A stretch of DNA of 64,000 nucleotides from an uncultured Planctomycetaceae bacterium. Its GTDB lineage: Bacteria; Planctomycetota; Planctomycetia; Isosphaerales; Isosphaeraceae. The stretch lies in NCBI GenBank assembly GCA_963833985.1, contig CAWIAD010000002.1, forward strand, positions 3,136,001 through 3,200,000, written 5' to 3'. Shown piece after piece: positions 31,431 through 41,527 of this stretch. The notes beneath the pieces were generated by a model. The model was given only the letters and a program-made list of their open reading frames with translations. It did not search any database and was not told the origin of the DNA. How positions within the stretch are numbered: position 1 is the stretch's first letter; every line of letters begins with the position of its first letter. The position numbers and the translations under genes were made by a program.

Positions 31431-31804
31431 GGACCCTGCCCTCGCAAAACCTGACCGCTCGCCGCTTGCGCGCGGCAGCGTTCGCCACCGCGGGAGCCAG
31501 CATGAATCGCGACCTTGCGGTCTGGCGGCCGGGAACGGGCGAGATGTCAGAACGGGACCGGACCGCAACCGCGCGGGGATCATAGCGGGTGGGCGATGAA
31601 ACGCCAAGGCCGACTTCAGCCGGCCAGTGCGGCACGGCACGGCCAGCGCGGCATCACTCGGCGGCGAGTGAGCCCAAGAGGGGGGTAGACAGGAGGTGCG
31701 GTCGTAAAAGTCGAGGTCGGGCCCGTTCCGTTCAAGCCCGGTCGGAGCGAGCTGCCAGCCTGGCTGACAGCTCGCGACGCGGACCGGCGGCTGCTGTCAC
31801 AGGC

Positions 31805-32221
31805 TCAGCTCGACGGCGGCGAGCTGGACTCGGAGCTCGTCGTCGGGCTGCCCGCTGCGGGCGAGTGCTTCGCTCCCAGCTTGGTGATGTGGTAGCGGAA
31901 CTGGTCGCCCTCTTTCTTGCCCTTCTTCACGAGCTTCTTCTCGAGCAGCAAGCCAAAGGTCTTGGCGTTGCTCTTGGTGCTGACGACGCCCTCTTCCTTG
32001 GTGGCGGCGACGGACTCCAGCAGCTTCTTCTGCGGGTCGGTCAGCTTGACACCGGCCGCCTTCTTGGGAGCGGCCTTGGCGGCGCTGGCCTTGGGAGCGG
32101 CGGTCTTGGCGGCGCTGGCCTTCTTGGGCGCCGCCTGCTTGGGAGCAGCCTTCTTGACTGCCGGCTTGGCCTTCACCATCTTCGTGCCGCCCTTGGGTGC
32201 CGTCGACTTCTTCACTGCCAT
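31805..32221 (-). CDS. Histone H1-like Lys/Ala/Pro-rich protein with C-terminal winged-helix-like domain
   Basis: GAGGT RBS; AAPK/KKA repeats then LTDPQKKLLE...LLEKKLVKK...YHITKLG. Confidence 0.75.
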   Translation of the reverse strand: MAVKKSTAPKGGTKMVKAKPAVKKAAPKQAAPKKASAAKTAAPKASAAKAAPKKAAGVKLTDPQKKLLESVAATKEEGVVSTKSNAKTFGLLLEKKLVKKGKKEGDQFRYHITKLGAKHSPAAGSPTTSSESSSPPSS

Positions 32222-32826
32222 CGCTCTCACCTCGTTGCTAAACATGTTCGCTCGTCTTCGACCAACTCTGATCGAGCGGTCCCTGCGCCAATTCATACCA
32301 AATCTTTGAATTAGTGGAAGAGGAAGATTGCCCAAAAACGGTGATTTTCTCCGGTTTTTTTTGAGTTTACTCCCCAGTGCACTTCTCAAATCAGTAAGCG
32401 ATGGAACCATCGCATAAAATGAGCTTAAATCATGATATTCTATTGATAAATGAGGCGACCGGCGAATTCTCCCGTGTTTTATTGGGTTTTCCGGCGCATG
32501 ACCGGGAGGCCCGCGCGCCTTGCCATGCAGAGAGCGCCTCAGCCTGCGCGGTGTCGCGCCACAAGCTTCTTCAGCGCCGGCGCAAAAAATGTTTCAGCCT
32601 GCGCGGTTTGTGGGTTCCGGGCAACCGAACCGCGCAGCGCGGCGCAGCGCGGCATCACGACCCGGTCAGCGCGACGGTACCGCGGCGCGGCAGCAGTCGC
32701 CGCGGTGCGGCCGGTCCGCGCGCTGGCGGCTCGGGCTCGACCTCCGGCTCCGACACCCGCGGCGAGCGGCCCCGTCGCTCCGACCGCCGCGCGGGCATCG
32801 GGCCGGCCGCGCCACCCGGCCTGCAC

Positions 32827-32873
32827 TTGCATCGCCGGGGAACGTCAGGCATAATGACTGAACAAAATACCAG
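32827..32873 (+). promoter_or_regulatory. ruvAB promoter with adjacent CTG-N10-CAG operator-like site
   Basis: TTGCAT-17 bp-CATAAT followed by CTGAACAAAATACCAG. Confidence 0.55.
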
Positions 32874-32909
32874 ATCTCCACGTGCTCGCGCGAAAGGACG
32901 AAGTTAGCC

Positions 32910-33566
32910 GTGATCACGCACGTCCGGGGCATCTTGCGGGGCCTTGCCGAGGAGACGCTCACGCTGGGCGTCGAGCCGTTCGAGCTTGAGGTGCTTGTGC
33001 CGGAGCACACCAGGCGCCAGCTTCAGGGCAAGCTCGGCGAGCCGATCCGCCTGCATACCTCGCTGTACCTGGACGGCAACGCCATGACCAGCAGGATGGT
33101 CCCCCGCCTGGTGGGCTTCCTCTCGGCCGTGGATCGCGAGTTCTTCGAGATCTTCTGCTCCGTGGACGGCGTGGGCGTGCGCAAGGCGCTGCGGGCCATG
33201 GTCCGCCCGGTACGCGAGCTGGCCCGGACCATCGAGGACCAGGACGTGCGGATGCTCGCGACCTTCCCGGGCATCGGCGAGGCCATGGCCGAGCGGATCG
33301 TCGCCAAGCTGCGCCGCAAGGTCGGCAAGTTCGCCCTGATCATCGAGCCGGAGGGCTCTCCCATTGGTGCGGGACACCCCGACGGCAATGGCGAGGCTGA
33401 GCACGCCGGGCACGACGTGATTCGTGATACCTACGCCGCGCTGCTCTCGGTCGGCCATAACGAGAGCCAGGCGCGGCAGGCCATCGACCGCGTCCTGTCC
33501 GGCAAGAAAAAATTCAAGACCGTGGCCGATATGATCGAAGCGATCTATCACCTGAGTAAAGAATAG
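32910..33566 (+). CDS. ruvA: Holliday junction branch migration protein RuvA
   Basis: ITHVRGIL start, SVDGVGVRKAL, FPGIGEAMAERIV HhH motifs; directly upstream of ruvB. Confidence 0.93.
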   Translation: MITHVRGILRGLAEETLTLGVEPFELEVLVPEHTRRQLQGKLGEPIRLHTSLYLDGNAMTSRMVPRLVGFLSAVDREFFEIFCSVDGVGVRKALRAMVRPVRELARTIEDQDVRMLATFPGIGEAMAERIVAKLRRKVGKFALIIEPEGSPIGAGHPDGNGEAEHAGHDVIRDTYAALLSVGHNESQARQAIDRVLSGKKKFKTVADMIEAIYHLSKE

Positions 33567-33651
33567 CGGGCAAGGGGCGAGGGGCCGGTGGCAGGAGTCG
33601 GTGGGCCGTGGCCGGTGGGCCGCAGGCGGTCTGCATTTTGCAAGGAATCTC

Positions 33652-34755
33652 ATGAGAGAGCCAATCATCCAGGGGAAGCGTGAGGGTGGCGGCGAGGAAA
33701 GCGATCCGGCCGACCTTTCGGGTCACGAGGGGCGGCAGCCTCGGGTCATCGATCCGGCCGATGAGAAGCTGCGTCCCCAGCGGCTGGACGAGATCGTCGG
33801 CCAGCGCGCCGTGGCCGATCGGCTGGCCATCGCTCTCCTGGCGGCCCGCAAGCGAGGTGAGCCGCTGCCGCACATTCTGTTCGATGGCCCGCCGGGCCTG
33901 GGCAAGACGACGTTTGCCACGGTGCTGCACAATGAGCTGGGCGTCGAGCTGAACATGACCAGCGGCGCGGCGCTCGACAAGAAGATGGACGTCATGCCCT
34001 ACCTGACGAACGCCGCGGAAGGCTCGATCCTGTTCATCGATGAGATCCACCGCCTGCCCAAGGCCGTCGAGGAGTTCATCTACCCGGTGATGGAAGATTT
34101 CCGGGTTGACGTGGTGCTCGGCGAGGGGATGTCTGCGCGGACCATCAACCTGCCGCTCAAGAAGTTCACCATCATTGGTGCGACCACTCGCAGCGGAATG
34201 CTCTCCGGGCCGCTCCGCGAGCGTTTCCACATGCACGAGCACCTCGAGTTCTACGATCGCGACGACCTGGCGCAGATCATCACCGTGAACTCGGCCAAGC
34301 TGCGCACGCGGATTGACGGTCCTGCGGCACTGGAGCTCGCCGGCCGTAGCCGCGGCACGCCGCGGATCGCCAACGCCCGCCTGCGCTGGGTCCGCGATTA
34401 CGCGCTGGCGCGGAGCGACGGCAACATCAATCTGACCATCGCCCGGGACGCGCTGGCCATGCAAGAGATTGATACCGAGGGCCTGGACAAGCAAGACAGG
34501 CGCTATCTGGAAACGCTGATCCGCGTCTTCAAGGGCGGCCCGACGGGCGTCGAGGCGCTGGCGGCCACGATGAACGTCGCCGTCGATACCCTCCGTGACG
34601 AGGTGGAGCCCTACCTGCTGCGCCGCGAGTTCGTGGTCCGCACCCCGCGCGGCCGCCAGGCCTGCTCGTCAGCCTACCAGCACATGGGGATCGCCGAGCC
34701 CGTGGTCGAGCCCGACTATCCGCTCCTGGAGCAGCAGAGGCGGCTGTTCGACTAG
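33652..34755 (+). CDS. ruvB: Holliday junction branch migration helicase RuvB
   Basis: LRPQRLDEIVGQ, GPPGLGKTT, FIDEIHRL, GATTRSG, SRGTPRIAN, RTPRGR. Confidence 0.97.
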   Translation: MREPIIQGKREGGGEESDPADLSGHEGRQPRVIDPADEKLRPQRLDEIVGQRAVADRLAIALLAARKRGEPLPHILFDGPPGLGKTTFATVLHNELGVELNMTSGAALDKKMDVMPYLTNAAEGSILFIDEIHRLPKAVEEFIYPVMEDFRVDVVLGEGMSARTINLPLKKFTIIGATTRSGMLSGPLRERFHMHEHLEFYDRDDLAQIITVNSAKLRTRIDGPAALELAGRSRGTPRIANARLRWVRDYALARSDGNINLTIARDALAMQEIDTEGLDKQDRRYLETLIRVFKGGPTGVEALAATMNVAVDTLRDEVEPYLLRREFVVRTPRGRQACSSAYQHMGIAEPVVEPDYPLLEQQRRLFD

Positions 34756-34779
34756 ATTCCCGCGATATCGGACGAGAGC

Positions 34780-35547
34780 TCAGGGGCCTGCTGGCACGAA
34801 TTGCCGTGCCCAGGCCGCATCCTCTGCCAACAGGGCCGGCTCTGGCTCGCCGCTGTAAATGAAATGCTCGTAGCCCGGCCCGTCATGGGCGCGGTGGAGC
34901 GCTTCCTGGAGGTCGACCGGCGCGGCTTCATCCGGGAACCGCAGGGGAATCGGGATGACCGGCAGGCGATCCCGCAGGTGGATCGGCCAGAAGTCCGCGG
35001 CCCGCCGCTTCTCCGCCCGGCTGACCATCACCGAGTAGTCGCACTCGGGCCGGCTCTCCTGGGGCATGGGAGCCCACCCTCGCAGGAGGTCGATCTCGAC
35101 GAGGTGGCTCGGGCTGCGGAGCAGTTCCCGACGCTTGGCAAGGTACTGGTCGCGATCCGCACCAGTCCGCTTCTTCGACGGACTCAGGAGTTCGATGGCC
35201 GTCACCAGTTCACGGCCGAGCCGGTCCCGAACCTCCAGGAACGGGACTTTCTCAACTTCCTGCACCCGGAGCCAGACTTCCGCCGGGGCTTCAAGCACGC
35301 CGGTCGCTGACCGCGCCTGTTCGCGACCGGAAGACTGGACCAGCGACAGGTCAGACGTTCCCAGTCGTTGGCGAGGTTCTGGAGGCAAATCGTGAATAAA
35401 GATGTGCTCTTCGAGCTGAACGATGTACCTGGGGCCGACTTGCGGGGCCAGCAGGCGGCGCACTGACGACAGGAACTCGGAGTGAAAATCGAGCCAGAGG
35501 GCCGACTGCTCAAAGTAAGGATTCATGCCGGGAAAGGGTGAAGGCAT
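34780..35547 (-). CDS. DUF4058 family protein
   Basis: MPSPFPGMNPYFE, IELLSP, HLVEIDLLRG, LPVIPIPL. Confidence 0.9.
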   Translation of the reverse strand: MPSPFPGMNPYFEQSALWLDFHSEFLSSVRRLLAPQVGPRYIVQLEEHIFIHDLPPEPRQRLGTSDLSLVQSSGREQARSATGVLEAPAEVWLRVQEVEKVPFLEVRDRLGRELVTAIELLSPSKKRTGADRDQYLAKRRELLRSPSHLVEIDLLRGWAPMPQESRPECDYSVMVSRAEKRRAADFWPIHLRDRLPVIPIPLRFPDEAAPVDLQEALHRAHDGPGYEHFIYSGEPEPALLAEDAAWARQFVPAGP

Positions 35548-35634
35548 GGCACTTCTCCTTGGAGTTCCGAATCATCAGTATCACGATCAGAAGGCTCAAA
35601 TGCCAGGGCAAGCGGCACGTCCGCTCCCGGGCGG

Positions 35635-36654
35635 TCAGGCGCCCGCGGGCTTCGTCGCTCGCAACAGGCGGTCGCGGATGGCACGCCAGGCGGGCTCATC
35701 GGGCGGCAGCACCACGACGATGACGTTGAGGCCGAGTACGTCGTGGTCGTGCAGAACGGCATAGAGCCGGCGTGCGGCGTCAGCGGGATCGCGCAGCCAG
35801 GTCACGGCCGTCCCGGCGGGGAGATCCGGCATGCGATGCGGCCCGAAACCGATTACCGCGGACTGCACCGGCAGGCGGATTCTGGCCAGGTCGGAAATGG
35901 AATCCACGCGCAGCGCCGGCGTACAGGGCGCGTAATGGACGGGCAGCATGCCCGGGGCCGGTGCGGGCCGGTCGTCATCCACCCGCTGATCGGACCACTG
36001 GTCCTGCACCTGGCCGATCCCTGCCAGGCACGCCACAAGCTCCTCGGCCTGGACCGGTCCCGGCCGGAGGATACGGAATGGCTCGGCCGTGAGGTCGAGG
36101 ACCGTCGACTCCAGGCCGAAGGCGGTCGGGCCGCTGTCGAGGACCAGGTCGATCCGGCCGGTCAGGTCCGCCAGCACGTGCCCGGCCCGCGTCGGCGAAA
36201 GGCGGTTGGAGCGATTGGCGCTGGGAGCGGCCAGCGGTTGACCAACCCGGGCGATCAACCCCAGTGCGACGGGTGTTGCCGGAACCCGCAGCGCCACCGT
36301 GTCGCGTCCGCCCGTGACCGCGTCGGGAACCAGGCTCGAGCGTGGCAGCACGAGAGTGAGCGGTCCCGGCCAGAACGTGCGGGCGAGCCGGTCGGCCGCC
36401 TCGGGCCAGGCCGAGACGCAGTGCGAAGCCTGGTCGATTCCGGCCACGTGAACGATAAGCGGATTGAACGCTGGCCGCCCCTTGGCCGCGAAGATTCGTT
36501 CGACGGCCACGGGATCGGCGGCCAGCGCACCGAGGCCGTAAACGGTTTCGGTGGCGAACGCGACGAGTCCTCGGTGCAGCAGGACACTGGCCGCTTCCGA
36601 GAGGGCTGCTTCGGATGGCTCTCGCGGATCAACCTGGATGAGGCGTGTTGGCAC
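35635..36654 (-). CDS. sua5: L-threonylcarbamoyladenylate synthase (Sua5/TsaC2)
   Basis: FATETVYGLG, KGRPAFNPLIVH, FWPGPLT, AAPSANRS, PGMLPVHYAP; start position uncertain. Confidence 0.93.
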   Translation of the reverse strand: MPTRLIQVDPREPSEAALSEAASVLLHRGLVAFATETVYGLGALAADPVAVERIFAAKGRPAFNPLIVHVAGIDQASHCVSAWPEAADRLARTFWPGPLTLVLPRSSLVPDAVTGGRDTVALRVPATPVALGLIARVGQPLAAPSANRSNRLSPTRAGHVLADLTGRIDLVLDSGPTAFGLESTVLDLTAEPFRILRPGPVQAEELVACLAGIGQVQDQWSDQRVDDDRPAPAPGMLPVHYAPCTPALRVDSISDLARIRLPVQSAVIGFGPHRMPDLPAGTAVTWLRDPADAARRLYAVLHDHDVLGLNVIVVVLPPDEPAWRAIRDRLLRATKPAGA

Positions 36655-36679
36655 CAGGACGTCCCGGTCATCGGCCCGT

Positions 36680-37811
36680 TCAATCGATCTTTTTTCGAGC
36701 GGAAGGGTCGGGCGGCTGCTCACCCCTGGCGTGGAAGTCGGCCTTGAGGGCTGCGTAGTCGCTGGCGCGGCGGTCGTAGAGCCGCTTCAGCGGCCGAGGT
36801 GCGTGGCGGGCCAGGGAGTACGCGGTCAGGAGCGGCAGGGCAATGGTGGAGTCGGTGTAGCAGGTGACGCTGTCGGGTAAGGTATCCGGGTCGATCTTGC
36901 CCCAGGTCATCGCCTCGCTGGCCGTGGCGCCCGAGAGGCCGCCGGTGTCGGGCCGGGCGTCCGTGATCTGCAAGAAGTAGTCGTGGCCGCTCTCGGCCAG
37001 GCCGAGCACTTCCTGGATCTGCGGCTCGGTCTGGAGGATGAAGTTTTTTGGGCTGCCTCCGCCCAGGATGAGCACGCCCGACTTGCCGCTGTTCTTCTTG
37101 GCGTTGTAGACGATGGCCGCGGTCTCGTTGACGTCGCGGAGGGTGTCGATTTGCAGCTTCCCCTCCTGGAGCGAAAGCGCGGCGAGGTTCATGCCGATGG
37201 AGCTGTCGCCGGGGCTCGAGGTGTACACCGGCACGGCGGCCTCGTAGGCCGCGGCCAGCAGGCTGTGGGCCGGCCGCCCCAGGGTCTCGGCGCGGGCGTA
37301 GAGATACTTGCCCACCAGGTGGTGGAACTCGGCGGTCCCCATGCTGTGGGCGAAGCTCTCATCCCGGATCAGCTCGCGGTAGAAGGCGTCGGTATCGAGC
37401 AGCGTCTTGTAATGAAAGACGACGTCGTAGATGCGGATGACGTCGTTCTGCCGGAGGGCGAAGTCGTCCAGGTTGGGACGGCTCTGGTGCAGTGGCAGGT
37501 CCAGCGCGAAGTGGGTGTCGTGGTAGAGGTTGGCGCCGGTGGAGACGATCCAGTCCACGAAACCGGCCTTGATGAGGGGGATGAGGCAGCTCATCCCCAG
37601 GCCGGCCGGAGTCAGCGCCGGAGATCGTCAGCCCGACGGTGCAATCCGGGTCCAGGAACTTGCGTGTGAAAACCTGGCAGACTTCACGCAGCCGCCCCGC
37701 GTTGTAGCTGAGAAAGGCGTGATCGATGAGGTCGGCGGCCACCTCCCGGCCGGTGACGGCGGGCGGACCGATCCGGTGCAGGCTGATCTTTTTGAGATAC
37801 TCCATGCTCAT
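36680..37811 (-). CDS. Deoxyhypusine synthase-like protein (homospermidine / aminobutyl-agmatine synthesis), frameshift near 37610
   Basis: [43 protein letters not shown]-terminus [14 protein letters not shown] is in another frame. Confidence 0.9.
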
Positions 37812-37839
37812 CCACCTTGCGGGGTGCTTCGAATCGCCA

Positions 37840-38385
37840 TCAGGCCAGCAGGATCGCCGCGGCGACCACGGTGGACCAGAGACCGTCCTTGTGGCCGATG
37901 GCGGTCTGAGTCACTTCCTTGGTCTTGAAGATCACGTCCGCGACCTTCCAGATCTCGCGCTTCTCGTCCCACGAGCTGTTCGGGTTGAACTCCACGCCCA
38001 GGACGGTGGCCAGCATCTCGGCGGCCAGGTCCTCGGCATAGTCGGCCGCGGTCTTCGCCGTCTGGCCGTAGGCATGGTGCTCCGATAGGTAGCCGAAGGT
38101 ATCGCGGTTCCGCGGAATCGCCACGCCCACGCTGGCGGCCACCAGGCGGTTGGGCTCGGCCGTGGCGCACTCGCTCATGACAACGTGAACGATCTGGCCG
38201 GGCTGGAGCTGCTTCAGACCTTGCTCGATGGAGATTTCCTTGCAACGCGGAGGGAAGATGCTCGAGACCCGCACCAGGTTGTAGCAGGCGATCCGCGCGT
38301 CCCGCAGGGCAAGCTCGAAGCTCGTCAGTTTCTCTCGGTGCGTGCCCACCCCTTTGGTGAAGAACAGCTTTGTGGGTACATACAT
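37840..38385 (-). CDS. pdaD: Pyruvoyl-dependent arginine decarboxylase
   Basis: SFELALRDARIACYNLVRVSSIFPP (Ser-Ser cleavage site), GYLSEHH. Confidence 0.92.
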   Translation of the reverse strand: MYVPTKLFFTKGVGTHREKLTSFELALRDARIACYNLVRVSSIFPPRCKEISIEQGLKQLQPGQIVHVVMSECATAEPNRLVAASVGVAIPRNRDTFGYLSEHHAYGQTAKTAADYAEDLAAEMLATVLGVEFNPNSSWDEKREIWKVADVIFKTKEVTQTAIGHKDGLWSTVVAAAILLA

Positions 38386-38723
38386 CTCTGGTCTGGCACC
38401 TCGCGGACCGGCGGACCCCGCGGGATCACGCTGGAAAATACGCCTGGAGATCGATACATCACGCCGCCGTGGCGCGGACGGACCATGGCAGGAACTGAAT
38501 TATTATGGTACGCAGGCCGTCGCATCAAGCCCTTCGATCATGAAGCCGCGATGAAGGCACTGCCGACAAGACCGGTCAGGCAATTCAGGGAGCTCCTTCA
38601 CAGCTCTGCGCCGCCATTCACCCGTCCAGCTTCTTGTCCCAGAGGATCGTTCGCACGCAAGCGCCGCGCTTGCCGGCCCGCGCGGGTCTGATTGCGAGGG
38701 GTCCCACTGCACGTCCATGCTCA

Positions 38724-39788
38724 TCACATCGGACCACCAGCGTCCGTCAATCCAAACCCAGCCGCCCCGGGCGCCGTCGGTGAGTCTTGTTTCAGGCTTT
38801 CCGCAAGTCGGCGCAGGCCCTCCTCGATGCCCACGATGGGCGCGTAACCCAGGTCGCGCCGAGCGGCGTCCAGGTTGTACCAGTGCGCGGTGGACAGCTC
38901 GCGGGCCAGAAACCGCGTCATCTGGGGTTCTCCAGGAAGCTTGAGCAGCGAGTAGCAGCCCTCGAGCACGCCGCCGGCGGCCACCGCAAGTGCGCGCGGC
39001 ACGCTGCGTTTCACCGGCGGCAAGTGGGCGACCTCCAGGAACCGATTCACCATGTCCCAGAGCGGAACGGGCTGGCCCTGCGCGATGAAGTACGCCCGGC
39101 CGCAGATCGCCGCGCCCGGATCCAGCCGGGCCGCGGCCAGCACGTGGGCGTGTGCGGCATTGTCGATGTAGGTCAGGTCGATGAGCGGGTTCCGGCGGCC
39201 GATCCGGTAGAGCCGTCGCGCCCGCGCGCGGGCGAAGATTCGCGGCAGGATGTTGTTGTCGCCAGGGCCCCAGATCAGATGAGGCCGCAGCGCCACGGTG
39301 GCCAGCGAGGCGTCGTTATTCGCCAGCACGAGCTTCTCGGCAATGGCCTTGGTGGCAGGATAGGCCGCGTCATAGTGTGAGGCATACGGGACCGATTCAT
39401 CCGCGCCTTCCAGATCGTGTCCCGTGAACACCACGCTGGGCGAGCTGGTGTAAATCAGCCGCCTCACCTGGTGCGTGCGGCACGCGGCGAGAACGTTTTC
39501 CGTGCCCACCACATTGATCCGGTGGTACTGCGGGTAAGCCCCCCAGAGGCCCGCCTTGGCGGCCACGTGGAAGACGATCGAGCAGCCGTCAACCGCCCGC
39601 GAGACGAGCGTGGCGTCCGCAACGTCGCCCACGAATTGCTCCACCCCAAGAGCGTCCAGTGCTGCGTACCGCCGCCGGTTCAGCGAGCGGACCGGCCGGC
39701 CCCGCAAGCGCAGCAAGCGCACGATCGCCGACCCGAGGAAGCCCCCGCCGCCGGTCACCAGTACGGGTCCTGCTCGATCGCCGGTCAT
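38724..39788 (-). CDS. oleD: 2-alkyl-3-oxoalkanoate reductase OleD-like (3-beta-HSD SDR)
   Basis: VTGGGGFLG, HVAAKAGLWG, TSSPSVVF, YPATK, LRPHLIWGPGD; ATGA-coupled to oleC. Confidence 0.82.
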   Translation of the reverse strand: MTGDRAGPVLVTGGGGFLGSAIVRLLRLRGRPVRSLNRRRYAALDALGVEQFVGDVADATLVSRAVDGCSIVFHVAAKAGLWGAYPQYHRINVVGTENVLAACRTHQVRRLIYTSSPSVVFTGHDLEGADESVPYASHYDAAYPATKAIAEKLVLANNDASLATVALRPHLIWGPGDNNILPRIFARARARRLYRIGRRNPLIDLTYIDNAAHAHVLAAARLDPGAAICGRAYFIAQGQPVPLWDMVNRFLEVAHLPPVKRSVPRALAVAAGGVLEGCYSLLKLPGEPQMTRFLARELSTAHWYNLDAARRDLGYAPIVGIEEGLRRLAESLKQDSPTAPGAAGFGLTDAGGPM

Positions 39789-41527
39789 GGCAGCTTTCTC
39801 GCGGCCCATGCCGCCAGCTGCTCGCGAAAAATCTTGGAGTTATGGCGGATGTCCACCGGGAACGAGCGATGAAAGAGGATCGTGGCGATGCGGGCCGTGT
39901 GCGCGAACTGCTCTCCCCGGCTAAGCAGCTCGCGGCGCAGCCGTGCCTGGTCCGCGCGGCCGAGCGGCACGTCCGGCTCCACGCACAGCACGGGGACCAT
40001 CACGCCGTCGCGCCGCACCCCGACCAGCGCTGATCGAGCAACCTCGGGATGGACGTCGAAGACGCGCTCGCAGCAGACGGTGTACAGCGTGACGTCGTGC
40101 AGTACAATCCGGTGCGACTTGCGGCCGCAGAACCAGAGCCGCCCTTGCTCGTCACGATAGCCCAGGTCTCCCATGCGGTGAAAGAAGCGGTTCCGGTGCG
40201 GATCGGCAATCTTGGCGAGCGCCGTGGCCTCCGGCCGCCGGAAATACTCCCGCGTGACCACCGGCCCCGCCACGGCGATCTCTCCGATGCTGCCGGGGCT
40301 CAGTTCCAGCTCCCCGGACCACTCCGGGATGGCCTCGTCGCTGACGCGGATGATCCGCACGTCCATGCCTTCCACCGGCTGCCCCACACACACGCCGGCT
40401 CCGCGGTCGGTCTGGAAGCGGGTGTCCTCGAGGATCTCGTTGCTGCCGATCGAGGCCACCGGCAGGGCCTCGGTGGCACCGTAAGGCGTGAAGATCTGGG
40501 CCGGCCGCTCGAGCAAGCCGGCGAACGTCTCCAGCACCCGCGGCGCCGCGGGTGCTCCGGCGGTGACCACGCGTTTCAAGGTCGCAACCTTCCGGCCCTG
40601 CGCCGCGCCGCCGGGCCCACGCGCCGCAGCAGGGCGGGAGAGCCGAACATGTTGGTGGGGCCGAAATCGTCGATGGCCTGAAAGAGCCTGTCGGGATCCA
40701 CGCTGCGCCGGCCGCGTGGGGTCCATCTCCGGGACAATCGCCGTCATCCCCAGCGCCGGGGCGAAGAGGGCGAAGAGCGGGAACGTACAGAGATCGGTCT
40801 CGCCCGGCTCGATCGCGTACAGCGATCGGAACATTTCGACCTGCGATTGGAAGATCGCATGAGTGTAGACCGCGCCCTTGGGCGATCCCGTGCTGCCGCT
40901 GGTGAAGAGGATCGCGGCAAGGCCGTCCGCTACAGTCGGCCGGAAGACGGGCGTGGGGATCGTCCCCTCGTCGATGGCGCGCTGACCGAACCGGCGCAGC
41001 GTGTCAAGCGTTTCCACTCCCGGCCAGTTTCGCCCCTGCGTCACGGCGATGACGCGCCGCACCGAGCCGCTTCCCCAGCCCAGGACCTGCCTGGCCAGCA
41101 GGGCGCGCGGGATACCGAAGAAGAGTTCCGGCTCAGCCTGGCGCATGCACCCGCCAATGCTCTTGATTCCCATGCCGGGATCGATCATCACCGGGGCCAC
41201 GCCGGCCTTGAACAGCGCGAAGACCAGGGCGAAGAAATCGAGCCCAGGCCTGACCATGACGGCGGCGCGCGTCTGCGGCCGCACGCCCGAGGCGGCCAGT
41301 CCCGCCGCGATCCGGTCACTCTCGTCGTCGAGCTGGCGGTAGGTCAGGTGGGAGTAGCGAACCCGTCCCGCGCGGTTCCGTCCCTCCGGCACCACGACGG
41401 CGAGGGTATGCGGCTGCCGGGCGGCCATGGCATGCAAATGCCAGGCGATGTTGTCCTGCGCGTCGAGCGTCGTGGTCGGGCGTGAAGCAATCAAGGCTCC
41501 GGGAGGCTCCTCATCGGCACGGGACAT
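39785..41527 (-). CDS. oleC: Olefin beta-lactone synthetase OleC-like (AMP-dependent ligase); apparent compensating frameshifts at ~40610-40710
   Basis: ILFTSGSTGSPKG, FPLFALF, TPYGATEALP, HRMGDLG, CGRKSHR, FPVDIRHNSKIFRE. Confidence 0.85.
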   Translation of the reverse strand: MSRADEEPPGALIASRPTTTLDAQDNIAWHLHAMAARQPHTLAVVVPEGRNRAGRVRYSHLTYRQLDDESDRIAAGLAASGVRPQTRAAVMVRPGLDFFALVFALFKAGVAPVMIDPGMGIKSIGGCMRQAEPELFFGIPRALLARQVLGWGSGSVRRVIAVTQGRNWPGVETLDTLRRFGQRAIDEGTIPTPVFRPTVADGLAAILFTSGSTGSPKGAVYTHAIFQSQVEMFRSLYAIEPGETDLCTFPLFALFAPALGMTAIVPEMDPTRPAQRGSRQALSGHRRFRPHQHVRLSRPAAARGPGGAAQGRKVATLKRVVTAGAPAAPRVLETFAGLLERPAQIFTPYGATEALPVASIGSNEILEDTRFQTDRGAGVCVGQPVEGMDVRIIRVSDEAIPEWSGELELSPGSIGEIAVAGPVVTREYFRRPEATALAKIADPHRNRFFHRMGDLGYRDEQGRLWFCGRKSHRIVLHDVTLYTVCCERVFDVHPEVARSALVGVRRDGVMVPVLCVEPDVPLGRADQARLRRELLSRGEQFAHTARIATILFHRSFPVDIRHNSKIFREQLAAWAARKLP

